A stretch of DNA of 48,320 bases. Origin: an uncultured Halobacteria archaeon (GTDB taxonomy: Archaea > Halobacteriota > Halobacteria > Halobacteriales > Haloferacaceae). Shown here piece after piece: positions 18,283 through 27,806 of the stretch; positions within the stretch are counted from its first letter, which is position 1, and every line of letters starts with the position of its first letter. The stretch covers positions 1-48,320 of the forward strand of contig CAKZQY010000013.1 in NCBI GenBank assembly GCA_937142015.1, in the 5' to 3' direction. The translations under genes were made by a program, and so were the position numbers. A model generated the notes under the pieces. The model searched no databases. It was not told the origin of the DNA and saw only the letters and a program-made list of their open reading frames with translations.

Positions 18283-20204
18283 CCGTGAGCGACGATCACG
18301 CCTCCGATTCTGAGACACACGACGAGCGAGAGTCGGTGGACTCGGCGACACACGACGAGCGAGAGTCGGTGGACTCGGCGACACACGACGAGCGAGAGTC
18401 AGTCGACCCGGTGACACTGGAAGTAGTCCGCAACGCGTTCGAGGCGGTCGCAGAGGAGATGAACGCGGACCTCGTGCGGACGGCGTACTCGCCGAACATC
18501 ACGGAGCGACGGGACTGTTCGACCGCGCTGTTCGACGCGGACGGGGAGATGATCGCGCAGGCGGAGACGATGCCGGTCCACCTCGGTGCGATGCCGTTCT
18601 CCGTGGCGGCGGCAGTGGAGGCGTTCCCGCGCTCACAGCTCCAGCCGGGTGACTCGATCCTGCTGAACGACCCGTTCCGCGGCGGCGCACACCTCCCGGA
18701 TCTGACGCTCGTGACGCCGATCTTCGACGCTGCGGGCGACGAACTGCTCGCGTTCGCTGCGAACCGCGCCCACCACGCGGACGTTGGCGGCGCGACCGCG
18801 GGCAGTGTCGGCGCGGCCTCGACCGAAATCTACGAGGAGGGACTGCGTGTCCCGCCGGTGAAGCTCGAGATCGGCCACGGACGGGGGGACAGTGATCAAA
18901 AGGGTGTGTCGACAGCCGTCGACAGCGAACTGAACGAGGACGTGTTGTCGATTCTGTTGGCGAACGTGCGGACACCGGCAGAGCGTCGCGGCGACCTCCG
19001 GGCACAGACCGCGGCGAATGCGACCGGGCGACGGCGGTTCCACGACCTGCTCGCGGACCACGGCGAGACCGTGCCGGCGGCGATGGACGCCGTCAAAGAC
19101 TACTCCGAGCGGCGGATGCGGAGCGCACTCGCGGAGCTCCCGGACGGTCGCTACGAGTTCACAGACGAGCTCGAGAGCGACGGGCGCGGCAACGGGCCGC
19201 TGCCGATCAGCGTCGCCGTCGAGATCGACGACACGGACGTGCGGGTGGACTTCGCCGGCACAGCCGACCAGACGGCCGGGCCGGTGAACGCCGTGCGCGC
19301 GGTGACGGTCTCGGCGACGTACTACGCCGTCCGGTGTGTGACGGACCCGGAGATTCCGCCGAACCACGGCTGTTACCGACCAGTGGAGGTCGACACGCCG
19401 TCGGGGAGTCTCGTCGACCCGGAGCCGCCGGCGGCGGTCGTCGGCGGGAACCTAGAGACCTCACAGCGCGTGACTGACGCCGTCTTCGGCGCGCTCGCTG
19501 CGGCCGACCCGGAAGCTGTGCCGGCCGCCGGACAGGGAACGATGAACAACGTCACGTTCGGTGGGACGGACCCGCGAGTCAGATCGACTGGCAACGACGA
19601 ATCGAGTGCTGTCGCCGCCGGTGGCACACAGTACGCGTTCTACGAGACCGAAGCGGGCGGATTCGGGGCACACAGCGCGGGCGACGGCAACGACGGCGTC
19701 CACGTCCACATGTCGAACACGCTGAACACGCCCGCAGAGGTGTTAGAGACCGCCTACCCGCTGCGAGTCGAGCGGTACGAACTCCGGCCGGACACGGGCG
19801 GCGCGGGAGAGTTCCGTGGTGGGCTGGGACTCCGCCGGGACATCCGCGTCCGCGAGCACACGAGTCGGTTCAGTCTGTTGGCCGAGCGGCACAGCCGCCG
19901 ACCGTACGGGCTGGCGGGTGGCGAGCCCGGGGCGACCGGCGGCGCGTACCTCGTCGACGACGAGGGAGAGCCGGTGGAGGCACTCGACGCGAAGGAGACG
20001 CGCGATCTCCCGCCCGGGAGCGTCGTCAGCGTCCGTACACCCGGCGGCGGCGGGTTCGGCGACCCCGAGGACCGCGACACCGGGCGCGTCGTCCGCGATC
20101 TCCGACTCGGGAAACTCTCCGTCGCTCGTGCGCGTGTCGTCTACGGAATCGACCCGGACGACGTGGTCGCACAGCTGACTGACGAGTCCGCGGAGGAGTC
20201 GTAG
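18279..20204 (+). CDS. hyuB: Hydantoinase B/oxoprolinase family subunit
   Basis: RTAYSPNITERRDCS, PVHLGAM, NDPFRGGAHLPD, AHHADVGG, GQGTMNN and TPGGGGFG motifs; GTGA overlap with hyuA. Confidence 0.93.
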   Translation: MTVSDDHASDSETHDERESVDSATHDERESVDSATHDERESVDPVTLEVVRNAFEAVAEEMNADLVRTAYSPNITERRDCSTALFDADGEMIAQAETMPVHLGAMPFSVAAAVEAFPRSQLQPGDSILLNDPFRGGAHLPDLTLVTPIFDAAGDELLAFAANRAHHADVGGATAGSVGAASTEIYEEGLRVPPVKLEIGHGRGDSDQKGVSTAVDSELNEDVLSILLANVRTPAERRGDLRAQTAANATGRRRFHDLLADHGETVPAAMDAVKDYSERRMRSALAELPDGRYEFTDELESDGRGNGPLPISVAVEIDDTDVRVDFAGTADQTAGPVNAVRAVTVSATYYAVRCVTDPEIPPNHGCYRPVEVDTPSGSLVDPEPPAAVVGGNLETSQRVTDAVFGALAAADPEAVPAAGQGTMNNVTFGGTDPRVRSTGNDESSAVAAGGTQYAFYETEAGGFGAHSAGDGNDGVHVHMSNTLNTPAEVLETAYPLRVERYELRPDTGGAGEFRGGLGLRRDIRVREHTSRFSLLAERHSRRPYGLAGGEPGATGGAYLVDDEGEPVEALDAKETRDLPPGSVVSVRTPGGGGFGDPEDRDTGRVVRDLRLGKLSVARARVVYGIDPDDVVAQLTDESAEES

Positions 20205-20369
20205 GTGCTCCGGCGACCGCACGACTGCGTCCGGTGTGACGCTACTATCGACCCCGGCGAGGAGTACGGCGCTGTCGACGTGCTCGACCCCGAGGGCGAC
20301 CTCGCTGTGCTGCTGTGTGTCGACTGTGCGCGCGACCTCCGAGCGTTCCTCGACGGTGAGCCGAGTTGA
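20205..20369 (+). CDS. Small zinc-finger protein (54 aa, CxxC...CxxC)
   Basis: Hand translation MLRRPHDCVRCDATIDPGEEYGAVDVLDPEGDLAVLLCVDCARDLRAFLDGEPS; GTG immediately follows the hyuB TAG; absent from the ORF track. Confidence 0.75.
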   Translation: MLRRPHDCVRCDATIDPGEEYGAVDVLDPEGDLAVLLCVDCARDLRAFLDGEPS

Positions 20370-20478
20370 CGGAGACAACCAGTGGGTGTCGGAGCGTCGT
20401 GAGTAGCGATTCAGCTAGACGTACGCTACTTGGAGCACCCTGGGCTGCCGCTGTTCGGCTTGACTACTGGGTGGCCTC

Positions 20479-21102
20479 CTACCGCTTGATATAGTCCGCG
20501 TACGTCGAGTGGACGAGGTTCCGGTGTTCCCTCGACTGACGGATCGTCTGCCGTGGAACGAGGGGCATCTCGTCGTACAGGTCCGGCGCGGACTCCGGAG
20601 TTACCTCGATACAGTTGGTGAGTTGTAGTGTGAGGAACTTCAACTCCTCGTTGTCTTCTCGGTCGTAGCCCCTCCGTTTGAGGTGCGTGTCCGGAGTTAC
20701 GTCCCCGATGATAGCGAACTTTCCTCGGTCGCCGTCGCTGTAGAGCTCCGGATAGATTGCCACGACCCGGGCGAACTCACGGTCCAGCTCCTGCATGTAC
20801 TTTACATCCTTAACGGCCTTGTCACCCCACTTTTCTTGATAGTAGCCATGGTCCAGTCGTCCGTCGGCTCCCCAGTCGATGGCGATTCGCTTGTCACGGC
20901 AGAGATTGCGGAGGCCGTCGAGCGATGCGCTGAATTTGTTCCCTTTCTTGTCACCGTGCCGAACGAAATAGACTCGTGTTGACTTCTCCGGGTCCGACAG
21001 GACCCGATACGTGACAGTCTGGTCGCTGTACTCTGGTCCGACGTAGATGCGTCCGTTCGCATCTACCTTTCCGGTTCTGTAACCGGAGGAGTTCTCTCCC
21101 AT
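20479..21102 (-). CDS. Hypothetical protein with AbrB-like N-terminal segment
   Basis: 207-aa Lys-rich, lower-GC ORF; GKVDANGRIYVG resembles an AbrB swapped hairpin; TTTATATA box at 21125-21132 about 27 nt upstream. Confidence 0.7.
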   Translation of the reverse strand: MGENSSGYRTGKVDANGRIYVGPEYSDQTVTYRVLSDPEKSTRVYFVRHGDKKGNKFSASLDGLRNLCRDKRIAIDWGADGRLDHGYYQEKWGDKAVKDVKYMQELDREFARVVAIYPELYSDGDRGKFAIIGDVTPDTHLKRRGYDREDNEELKFLTLQLTNCIEVTPESAPDLYDEMPLVPRQTIRQSREHRNLVHSTYADYIKR

Positions 21103-21247
21103 GACTCGTCTGGAGTGGTGTAGGTATATAAATCATTCCCATTTCTATCGGTTGTGGGTAGCTCTTCTGTCTGTGCGTGTCGCCACAATCGGTGAGACAG
21201 AAATTGTTACAAACAATATTTGATCAGACAACCCACAGTTCCTCCGC

Positions 21248-23287
21248 CTACAGCCGTTCGACACCGACAGCGGCGTGTTTGTACTCGGGAATCTTCGCAG
21301 TCGGGTCGAGTACGTCACCCGTGAGTCGGTTCACCGCCGGATCGTCGTAGTGGAACGTGGTGAACACCGTTCCCGGTCGGGTGGCCGGCGTCACGTCGGC
21401 GACCGTCGTCACCTCGCCGCGGTCGTTGAACACCCGGACTCGCTCGCCGTCTTCGATACCACGTGCCTCGGCGTCGTCCGGGTTGATCTGGAGCACGCTG
21501 CCGCTGTCCATCCGCGTGAGAGTGCCCGAACGACGCGTGAGCGCACCGCTGTTGAAGTGGGTGATCACCCGGCCGGTCGTGAGCACGAGCTCTCCCTCGT
21601 CCAACTCGTCTGCCGGCGGGACGTGTTCGACGGGGACCAGCGGCGCAGTTCGCTCACCGTTGGCGAACGTCTCGCGGTGGAGGACGGTCTCTCCGCTGTC
21701 GGCGTCGGCCGGAAACGGCCACCGCTGGCCGCCGTCGCCGACACCCTCGTACGACATCCCGGCGTAGATCGGCGAGACGCGGGTGAGTTCGTCGAACACC
21801 GCCGCCGGGTCGGTCGGGTACTCGTGGTCGGTCAGCCGGTCGCCAAGCTCGGCGACGACCTCGAGGTCGCGTCGGGCGTCACCCGGCGGCTCTCCCATCG
21901 CTCGCATCCGCAGCACCTGTCGATCCGTGTTGGTGACGGTGCCGCTCTTCTCGGCCCACGCGCTCCCCGGGAGCACCACGTCCGCGTACTGTGCGGTCTC
22001 CGTCTCGAACAGGTCGATCACGACGAGCGAGTCGAGCCGTTGGAACGCCTCCGTCACGCCGTTCGCGTTCGGCTCCGTCAAGACGGGGTTCTCGCCGAAG
22101 ACGACCGCGGCGTGAACGTCCTCGCCGAAGGCGTGTGTCGCTTCCACCTCGGTGAGTCCCGGCTCCGTCGGCGGCTCGACACCCCACTCCTCGGCCACCG
22201 CGGCGCGGTCGTCTGGGTCCGCGACGCTGCGGTACCCCGGCAGCGTGTCAGGCAGCGTTCCCACGTCGCCAGCGCCTTGGACGTTGTTCTGTCCGCGCAG
22301 CGGGTTGACACCGGTGCCGCGTCGACCGACGTTGCCGGTCAGGAGTGCGAGGTTCAACAGCGCGTGAACGTTGTCCGTCCCGCAGTGGTGTTGGCTCATG
22401 CCCATCCCGGTGAACGCAGCCGCGCGGTCTGCCGTCGCGTACGCCACTGCCGCGGCGCGGAGATCCGACTCCGTGACCCCGGCCTCGGCTGCGTTCTCGG
22501 CCACGTCGACACCGTCGACGAACTCGCGGAACACGTCGAACCCCTCCGTCCGTTCGTCGAGGAACGCCTCGTCGACGAGGTCCTCCTCGACGATCACTGC
22601 CGCCATCGCGTTGAGCAGCGGAATGTCGTATCCCGGCCGTACTGGGAGGTGGATGTCCGCGGCCTCCGTCGTGTCGTTCACACGCGGGTCGACGTGGATC
22701 GTCGTGGTGCCGTCCGTGATCGCCGGCAGGAGGTACGACCGGAAGGCGACCGGGTGTTGTTCGGCGGGGTTCGCGCCAGTCACGAGGAACACGTCCGCCT
22801 CTCGGAGATCGTCGAGACTGTTCGTCATCGCTCCAGCGCCGAACCGGGACTGCATCGCCGCGACCGTCGAGGCGTGACACAGACGCGCACAGTTGTCGAC
22901 GTTGTTCGTTCCGAGCGTGCGCGCGAGCTTCTGGAACAGGTAGTTCTCCTCGTTCGTGCAGTTCGAGGAGGCGAAGAACGCGACTGCGTTCGGACCGTGC
23001 TCGTCGACGACGGACTGAATCTGACGCTCGGCGCGGTCGAGTGCCGTCTCCCACGGAGCCGTGACGAGGTGCCCGTGCTCGCGGACGAGCGGCTGGGTGA
23101 GCCGGTCGTCGCTGTCCACCACGTCGAACGCCGCCGCCCCTTTCGGACAGATCTCTCCCTTCGTGTTCACCGGCCCCGTCGTGCCGGTCGCCGTCCCACT
23201 CTGTTCGACGTACGTCAACTGACAGCCGACACCACAGAACGGACAGACACTGTCCTGGGCGTCGAACGTGCGCTCGGCCTCGCTCAT
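21248..23287 (-). CDS. fdhF: Formate dehydrogenase alpha subunit (molybdopterin oxidoreductase)
   Basis: CPFCGVGC...C [4Fe-4S] motif, NNVDNCARLCH, PLRGQNNVQGA and KIPEYK motifs. Confidence 0.93.
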   Translation of the reverse strand: MSEAERTFDAQDSVCPFCGVGCQLTYVEQSGTATGTTGPVNTKGEICPKGAAAFDVVDSDDRLTQPLVREHGHLVTAPWETALDRAERQIQSVVDEHGPNAVAFFASSNCTNEENYLFQKLARTLGTNNVDNCARLCHASTVAAMQSRFGAGAMTNSLDDLREADVFLVTGANPAEQHPVAFRSYLLPAITDGTTTIHVDPRVNDTTEAADIHLPVRPGYDIPLLNAMAAVIVEEDLVDEAFLDERTEGFDVFREFVDGVDVAENAAEAGVTESDLRAAAVAYATADRAAAFTGMGMSQHHCGTDNVHALLNLALLTGNVGRRGTGVNPLRGQNNVQGAGDVGTLPDTLPGYRSVADPDDRAAVAEEWGVEPPTEPGLTEVEATHAFGEDVHAAVVFGENPVLTEPNANGVTEAFQRLDSLVVIDLFETETAQYADVVLPGSAWAEKSGTVTNTDRQVLRMRAMGEPPGDARRDLEVVAELGDRLTDHEYPTDPAAVFDELTRVSPIYAGMSYEGVGDGGQRWPFPADADSGETVLHRETFANGERTAPLVPVEHVPPADELDEGELVLTTGRVITHFNSGALTRRSGTLTRMDSGSVLQINPDDAEARGIEDGERVRVFNDRGEVTTVADVTPATRPGTVFTTFHYDDPAVNRLTGDVLDPTAKIPEYKHAAVGVERL

Positions 23288-23481
23288 GGTGCTCTCTCCT
23301 CTACCTCTACGGAGGACCGCCGTTCCGGTGAGAACTCCCCGCTACTCTGCGCCTCTTGAAGTACCGACGGTGTCGCAGGCCGTGTTCGAAGGCTGCATCT
23401 GGTGTTGTGGTGAGTTCCGCTCTGTCACAGCGTGTGAGTGTTGCTGAGACGCGAGAGTTGGCCGAACGAGAACAAGTCTTG

Positions 23482-23591
23482 ATACGGTCGTGCGTAGTGA
23501 TTTTCGGCGACTTTCGCGGTATCGGGCGGTATCACGTCGCTGCGGTGCTCTCTGTCAGTCGTCGGTGGTAACGAACTACGCACGACCGTAT
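23482..23591. mobile_element. MITE-like element family B (110 bp)
   Basis: 17-bp perfect TIR ATACGGTCGTGCGTAGT / ACTACGCACGACCGTAT; interior plus one end recurs inverted at 42200-42247. Confidence 0.75.
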
Positions 23592-23638
23592 GAGACAACA
23601 CGCCGATGTGGAACGTGGGTCGGCGTGAGGAGGAATTC

Positions 23639-25660
23639 CTACTCCCACTGGAGATCCGGGTAACCGGGCGGATTCGTCACCTCGGTCCACGTCGCGGTGA
23701 AATCAAACCTGGAGAGATTCTGACTGGCGGCCTCGCCCTGCATCGCTGCTGTACGTAACCCCTTGACCTCGCCACGCTTCTCAGCCGTATTACCGTACGG
23801 GGCGATAACCCCGACTGCCGCCGTTTGTTCGGTGCCAGTCGACGAATCGAAGTAGCTGTCTCGGAGAATTCCGTCTCTGTCACTGCTACCCCGCAGGCGA
23901 CCGACGAGTCTGCCCACGTTGGTGGTCCCGGTGACCCTCCCCGTCGCGTACGCTCTGGAGATCAGGTTCCCGTTTTCGCCGGCAAAACCACCAACACTGT
24001 TATTGCCAGTGGCACTCCCAGTTGCGTACGATGCCGCAACTGTGCCACCGTTGTTCCCGACGAATCCGCCGACGTTTTCACCGTTAGCGGCATCGACCGC
24101 CCCCGTTGCGTACGACTTCGAGACGGTGTTACTTGGGTTATTCAGGCCGACGAACCCGCCCACTGCCCCGGTAGTTCCGTCGACAGCACCTGTTGCGTAC
24201 GACTTCTCGATCGTGCCACCGTTGCTGCCGGTTTGGTACCCGACGAATCCACCCACTCGATAGTCACCTGTGACATCACCTTGTGCGCTCGACCGCGAAA
24301 TTATTCCAGGAGTCGGGCTATTCTGACCGACAAACCCGCCCACGTTTTTTTCGCCCTCTACTTCTCCCGTCGCGGACGAGTCTTCAATAGTGCCACTATT
24401 GTAGCCGGCGAGTCCACCTACGTTGTTGCTGTCAGGAGCACTGACACTGCCTGTTGCGTCTGACGCCGAGATCGTACTCCTATTGATACCGACGAGTCCA
24501 CCCCCATTAAAATAGCCGGCTCCCCCGGTCTGGGTTACACTACCTGCTGTGGACGCGTTCGAAATCGTTCCACTGTTGTTTTCGCCGACAAGCGTACCAA
24601 CTGTACTCTTCGCTCCGATAGAGACGTTCTCCAAGGTGACATTCGTCAGCTTCCCTTCGAGTCTTCCGATGAACCCTGTCTTGTTACCTCCCTTTAAATC
24701 TGCGTTTTTTATCGTGATATTTTTAATCTCACCGTCGCCAGTAAGCGTGTCGATAAACCCAGTTTCTTCCCCGGTTCCCTGCCCGTCTACGCTGATATTC
24801 CGGATTGTTTGTCCATTCCCGTCTAGTGTTCCAGTGTACTCGGTAGGCGTACCGTCGTAGCTGAGCGAACTGGCGTCGTAATCCTGCTGTAGCGTAACGT
24901 CCTCGTCGTTGTTCAGCTTACTGACAAGGTCACTGGGTCCGTCACCTCCACCTGATCCGTCTCCCCCACCGGACCCGTCCCCTCCGCCGGATTTGCCCTC
25001 TCCGCTGTAGTTGGCTGCTTCCGCGTATATCTCGATGGCGGCGTCCAGTTCTGGTGGAATCGTCGGAACAGTGCTGTCGCGTGTATCGACGACGATACCG
25101 ACGTTGAGACTCTTACCCGGCGATATCGTGCGTTCTGCCTTCTTTTCGACTTCGTGATCTATTCTGCCGTCGACGAGAGTACTTCCACCGTCGAATCCAG
25201 TGGTGACTAGCTCTGGACGCACCTCCCGTAGTGTCTTGTCCATATCTCCGGGGAGCGGACTGGCCCACACGACAGACGCAGCGTCTTCAGCACCGTTGGT
25301 AGCGTACCCCCAGCCACCTGGTGGCTCGTCGTAGTCCCCCTCCTGAATTGCGTACTCGTTGTCGAATCCGACCTCAATCGTCTCTTCTCCGTTGTTCGTG
25401 ATGGTGAGAAGCTGGTCGATCGCGGTGACTGCATTTGGATTGACACTCGCGATGTCGATTTTGACCGCGCCACTGTCAGTCGTGACGTGATTACTGCCCT
25501 CAGCACCTGGTTCAATGGCTAACAGTGCGTTTGCATCGCCGGCTGTGTCTACTGACACTGTTCGGTCGGCTTCCACGCTGTTGAATGCTCCTGTCCCGAC
25601 TACAGTCCCACTTCCAAGAAGTATCCCAGCGAGAGAGAGTAGCCGGCGTCTGCTCACCAT
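23639..25660 (-). CDS. Secreted/surface protein: DUF1102-like N-terminus + GLUG-motif repeats
   Basis: SRRRLL...VVGTGAFNSVEADRTVSV..AGDANALLAI N-terminus, GGGDGS linker, many VGGFVG.N.GTI..SYATG.V repeats; lower GC than flanks. Confidence 0.85.
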   Translation of the reverse strand: MVSRRRLLSLAGILLGSGTVVGTGAFNSVEADRTVSVDTAGDANALLAIEPGAEGSNHVTTDSGAVKIDIASVNPNAVTAIDQLLTITNNGEETIEVGFDNEYAIQEGDYDEPPGGWGYATNGAEDAASVVWASPLPGDMDKTLREVRPELVTTGFDGGSTLVDGRIDHEVEKKAERTISPGKSLNVGIVVDTRDSTVPTIPPELDAAIEIYAEAANYSGEGKSGGGDGSGGGDGSGGGDGPSDLVSKLNNDEDVTLQQDYDASSLSYDGTPTEYTGTLDGNGQTIRNISVDGQGTGEETGFIDTLTGDGEIKNITIKNADLKGGNKTGFIGRLEGKLTNVTLENVSIGAKSTVGTLVGENNSGTISNASTAGSVTQTGGAGYFNGGGLVGINRSTISASDATGSVSAPDSNNVGGLAGYNSGTIEDSSATGEVEGEKNVGGFVGQNSPTPGIISRSSAQGDVTGDYRVGGFVGYQTGSNGGTIEKSYATGAVDGTTGAVGGFVGLNNPSNTVSKSYATGAVDAANGENVGGFVGNNGGTVAASYATGSATGNNSVGGFAGENGNLISRAYATGRVTGTTNVGRLVGRLRGSSDRDGILRDSYFDSSTGTEQTAAVGVIAPYGNTAEKRGEVKGLRTAAMQGEAASQNLSRFDFTATWTEVTNPPGYPDLQWE

Positions 25661-26133
25661 TTGTACTCACGTCCTACATGCCACTTGTGCTTATTCAGTT
25701 TTTCGATCGGTATCTAAAAAGCCCGAGATCTGTCTTTCAGTGTCAAAAACGAAGTCCGCTGGTCTCTCGTTACGACTTTTATTTTTGCATATTGGTAACG
25801 TGTTGTTCACCGGGTATTTGACCTCAAGAGCCGACGAGCACGGCGCTGAGTTTTGAACAGTTTTGTGATATTATTGACAATTTTTGATATATCAAAATAT
25901 TATATTTCAATTGTGTCTACGGCTGACCAAGACGGGTGTACTGTCGGTCACGGGCCCGTGAACGCGAGAACGTCATTTGTGATCGAGAATCGAAGATTCT
26001 CGAACGACTCGTTGAAGAAGGGGACTTAGCGTCCTACATTCAGCTAACCGGACCCTGACTCGACGGCCCCCACTTGAAAATCCGCAGCATCGTGGCGAGT
26101 CGTCGTCGGGATGGGGTGTGAATCGATTGATAC

Positions 26134-27312
26134 ATGCGTTCACTCGTCGAGAGAGTCAGCCTCCTTCCGTTGAGTGCGGCTCCGACCGCGATGCTGGTCG
26201 GTGCGGCGCTCGGAGTCGTCACCGCGACCGACACGTCTGCCGCGTTCGCCGCCGCGTGGTCGATCGTCGCTACGCAGTCGATTGTCGCTACACCGTCGGT
26301 CGTGGCTACACCGTCGGTCGTGGCTACACCGTCGGTCGTCTCGTCACTGCTCGTCGTCGCAACACCACTGGTCGGTGTCGGGGCGGTGCTCGTCGGCTAC
26401 GTCTCGCTGCTCGAAGCGTCGTCGCTGTCCGACGACGGACTGGTAGCCGCGGTCGACAGCGCCACAGCGTGGCTGCCGAGCGGCGGCCGGCAGCTCGGAC
26501 ACTCGACGCGGGTGCTCTTCGACCGGCAGAGCGACACGGTCCTCGCCGTCGCGCTCGCGGCACCACTCACGCGGGTGCTCGCAGTCGAGTTCGGTCTCGG
26601 CGTGATCGTCGCCGCCGCAGTTGTCGGACTCGCAGCCGACCAGCTCCTGCCGACGCACGCGGCGGCCGTCTACTGCGGGACGTTCGTCGGGATGGCCTCA
26701 CCGGCGCTGTTCCCGGCGCTGGAAACAGTGACCGCAGCCGGCCTCGTCGCCGGAGTCGTGTTCGTCGCGGCACAGGGCGTCTTCGACGGCTTCGGCGGCA
26801 AGCTCGGCACGACTGCGTTCGTCGGCTGTGCCGCGGTCGCCCTCCTCACCGGCGCGGGCGGCGGAACCGGAACGCTCCCGTCGCCGGAGACGGTCGGAGC
26901 GTTCGTCGTCGTCGGCACGGTCGCCGCCGTCGCCACCTACTGGCACGCGGTGCGACTCGACAGGGGCGCGGTCGAGGCGTCGGCACTTGTGGGACTCGTC
27001 GCCGAGCTTCTCCTCCCGGCGGTGGCTGCCGACGGACCGGCGCTCGCGGCGGTCACCTTCTGCGCCTCCTTCGCGGGGATGGTGTCGCCGACGAGACTCC
27101 CGTGTGAGCGGTCGGTTGCGCTGGCTGGCGGGCTGTGTGGCCTGCTCGTCGCAGCAACGTCTCCGGTGTTCGTCGGTGCTGGCGGGAAGCTCGGCACGAT
27201 CGCGTTCACTTCGTGTCTGCTGGTTCGCGGACTGCTGACGCTCGATCCGGTCGTCAGGTCGCTGCCAGTTGCCGTGCCGACTGACGGGCTCGGAACACCA
27301 CACGACCGATAA
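26134..27312 (+). CDS. Polytopic membrane protein of unknown function with internal duplication
   Basis: Duplicated motifs YCGTFVGM/FCASFAGM and GFGGKLGTTAF/GAGGKLGTIAF; true start uncertain. Confidence 0.75.
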   Translation: MRSLVERVSLLPLSAAPTAMLVGAALGVVTATDTSAAFAAAWSIVATQSIVATPSVVATPSVVATPSVVSSLLVVATPLVGVGAVLVGYVSLLEASSLSDDGLVAAVDSATAWLPSGGRQLGHSTRVLFDRQSDTVLAVALAAPLTRVLAVEFGLGVIVAAAVVGLAADQLLPTHAAAVYCGTFVGMASPALFPALETVTAAGLVAGVVFVAAQGVFDGFGGKLGTTAFVGCAAVALLTGAGGGTGTLPSPETVGAFVVVGTVAAVATYWHAVRLDRGAVEASALVGLVAELLLPAVAADGPALAAVTFCASFAGMVSPTRLPCERSVALAGGLCGLLVAATSPVFVGAGGKLGTIAFTSCLLVRGLLTLDPVVRSLPVAVPTDGLGTPHDR

Positions 27313-27375
27313 GCCGTCCGTAGGGCTGGGGCTCGGGTCTCGAACGAGACTGAGACGTATCGACCGGTTGCCACC

Positions 27376-27560
27376 TCACTCCTCGATCACGTCGACAGGC
27401 ACAGTGGTCTCGGTCGCCCGACGCGGGAGTCGCCAGTCCACCTCGGCAGCGCGGCCGGCGAAGACCGGCGTCGAGACGACCTCGAAGGTCCGGTTCCCCG
27501 CTCCGTCCGTCGTCGGGGCGGCTGCTAACAGCCGAGCCACGTCCGCACGCGAGACGGTGT
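27376..27560 (-). pseudogene. 3' remnant of an atypical SDR/NAD(P)H-binding oxidoreductase
   Basis: TVSRADVARLLAAAPTTDGAGNRTFEVVS resembles the C-terminus of NAD(P)H-binding SDRs; no Rossmann N-terminus; preceded by a 27-bp tandem repeat. Confidence 0.55.
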
Positions 27561-27806
27561 TGAGTGTCCTCGACTCGGAGTCGTCTTGGAGTGTCCTCGA
27601 CTCGGAGTCGTCTTGGAGTGTCCTCGACTGGGAGTCGTCTTCGTCGTTCCAACCACTGTCTGGTGTGTCGTGACTGTCGGCCACACACGTGACAGGAGGC
27701 TGAGCGAGAAGAGTCTCTCTCGTCACGTGTCTCGGCAGTCATCGTCTCGGGGCCGTGTCGAGGCCCGCGTCAGAACACCCAAGCACGCTCGTCACCAACG
27801 GCGGAC

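Noticed and set aside
25855-25915. AT-rich tract as a replication origin
   Set aside because: No ORB repeats with G-strings recognised and no orc1/cdc6 gene nearby
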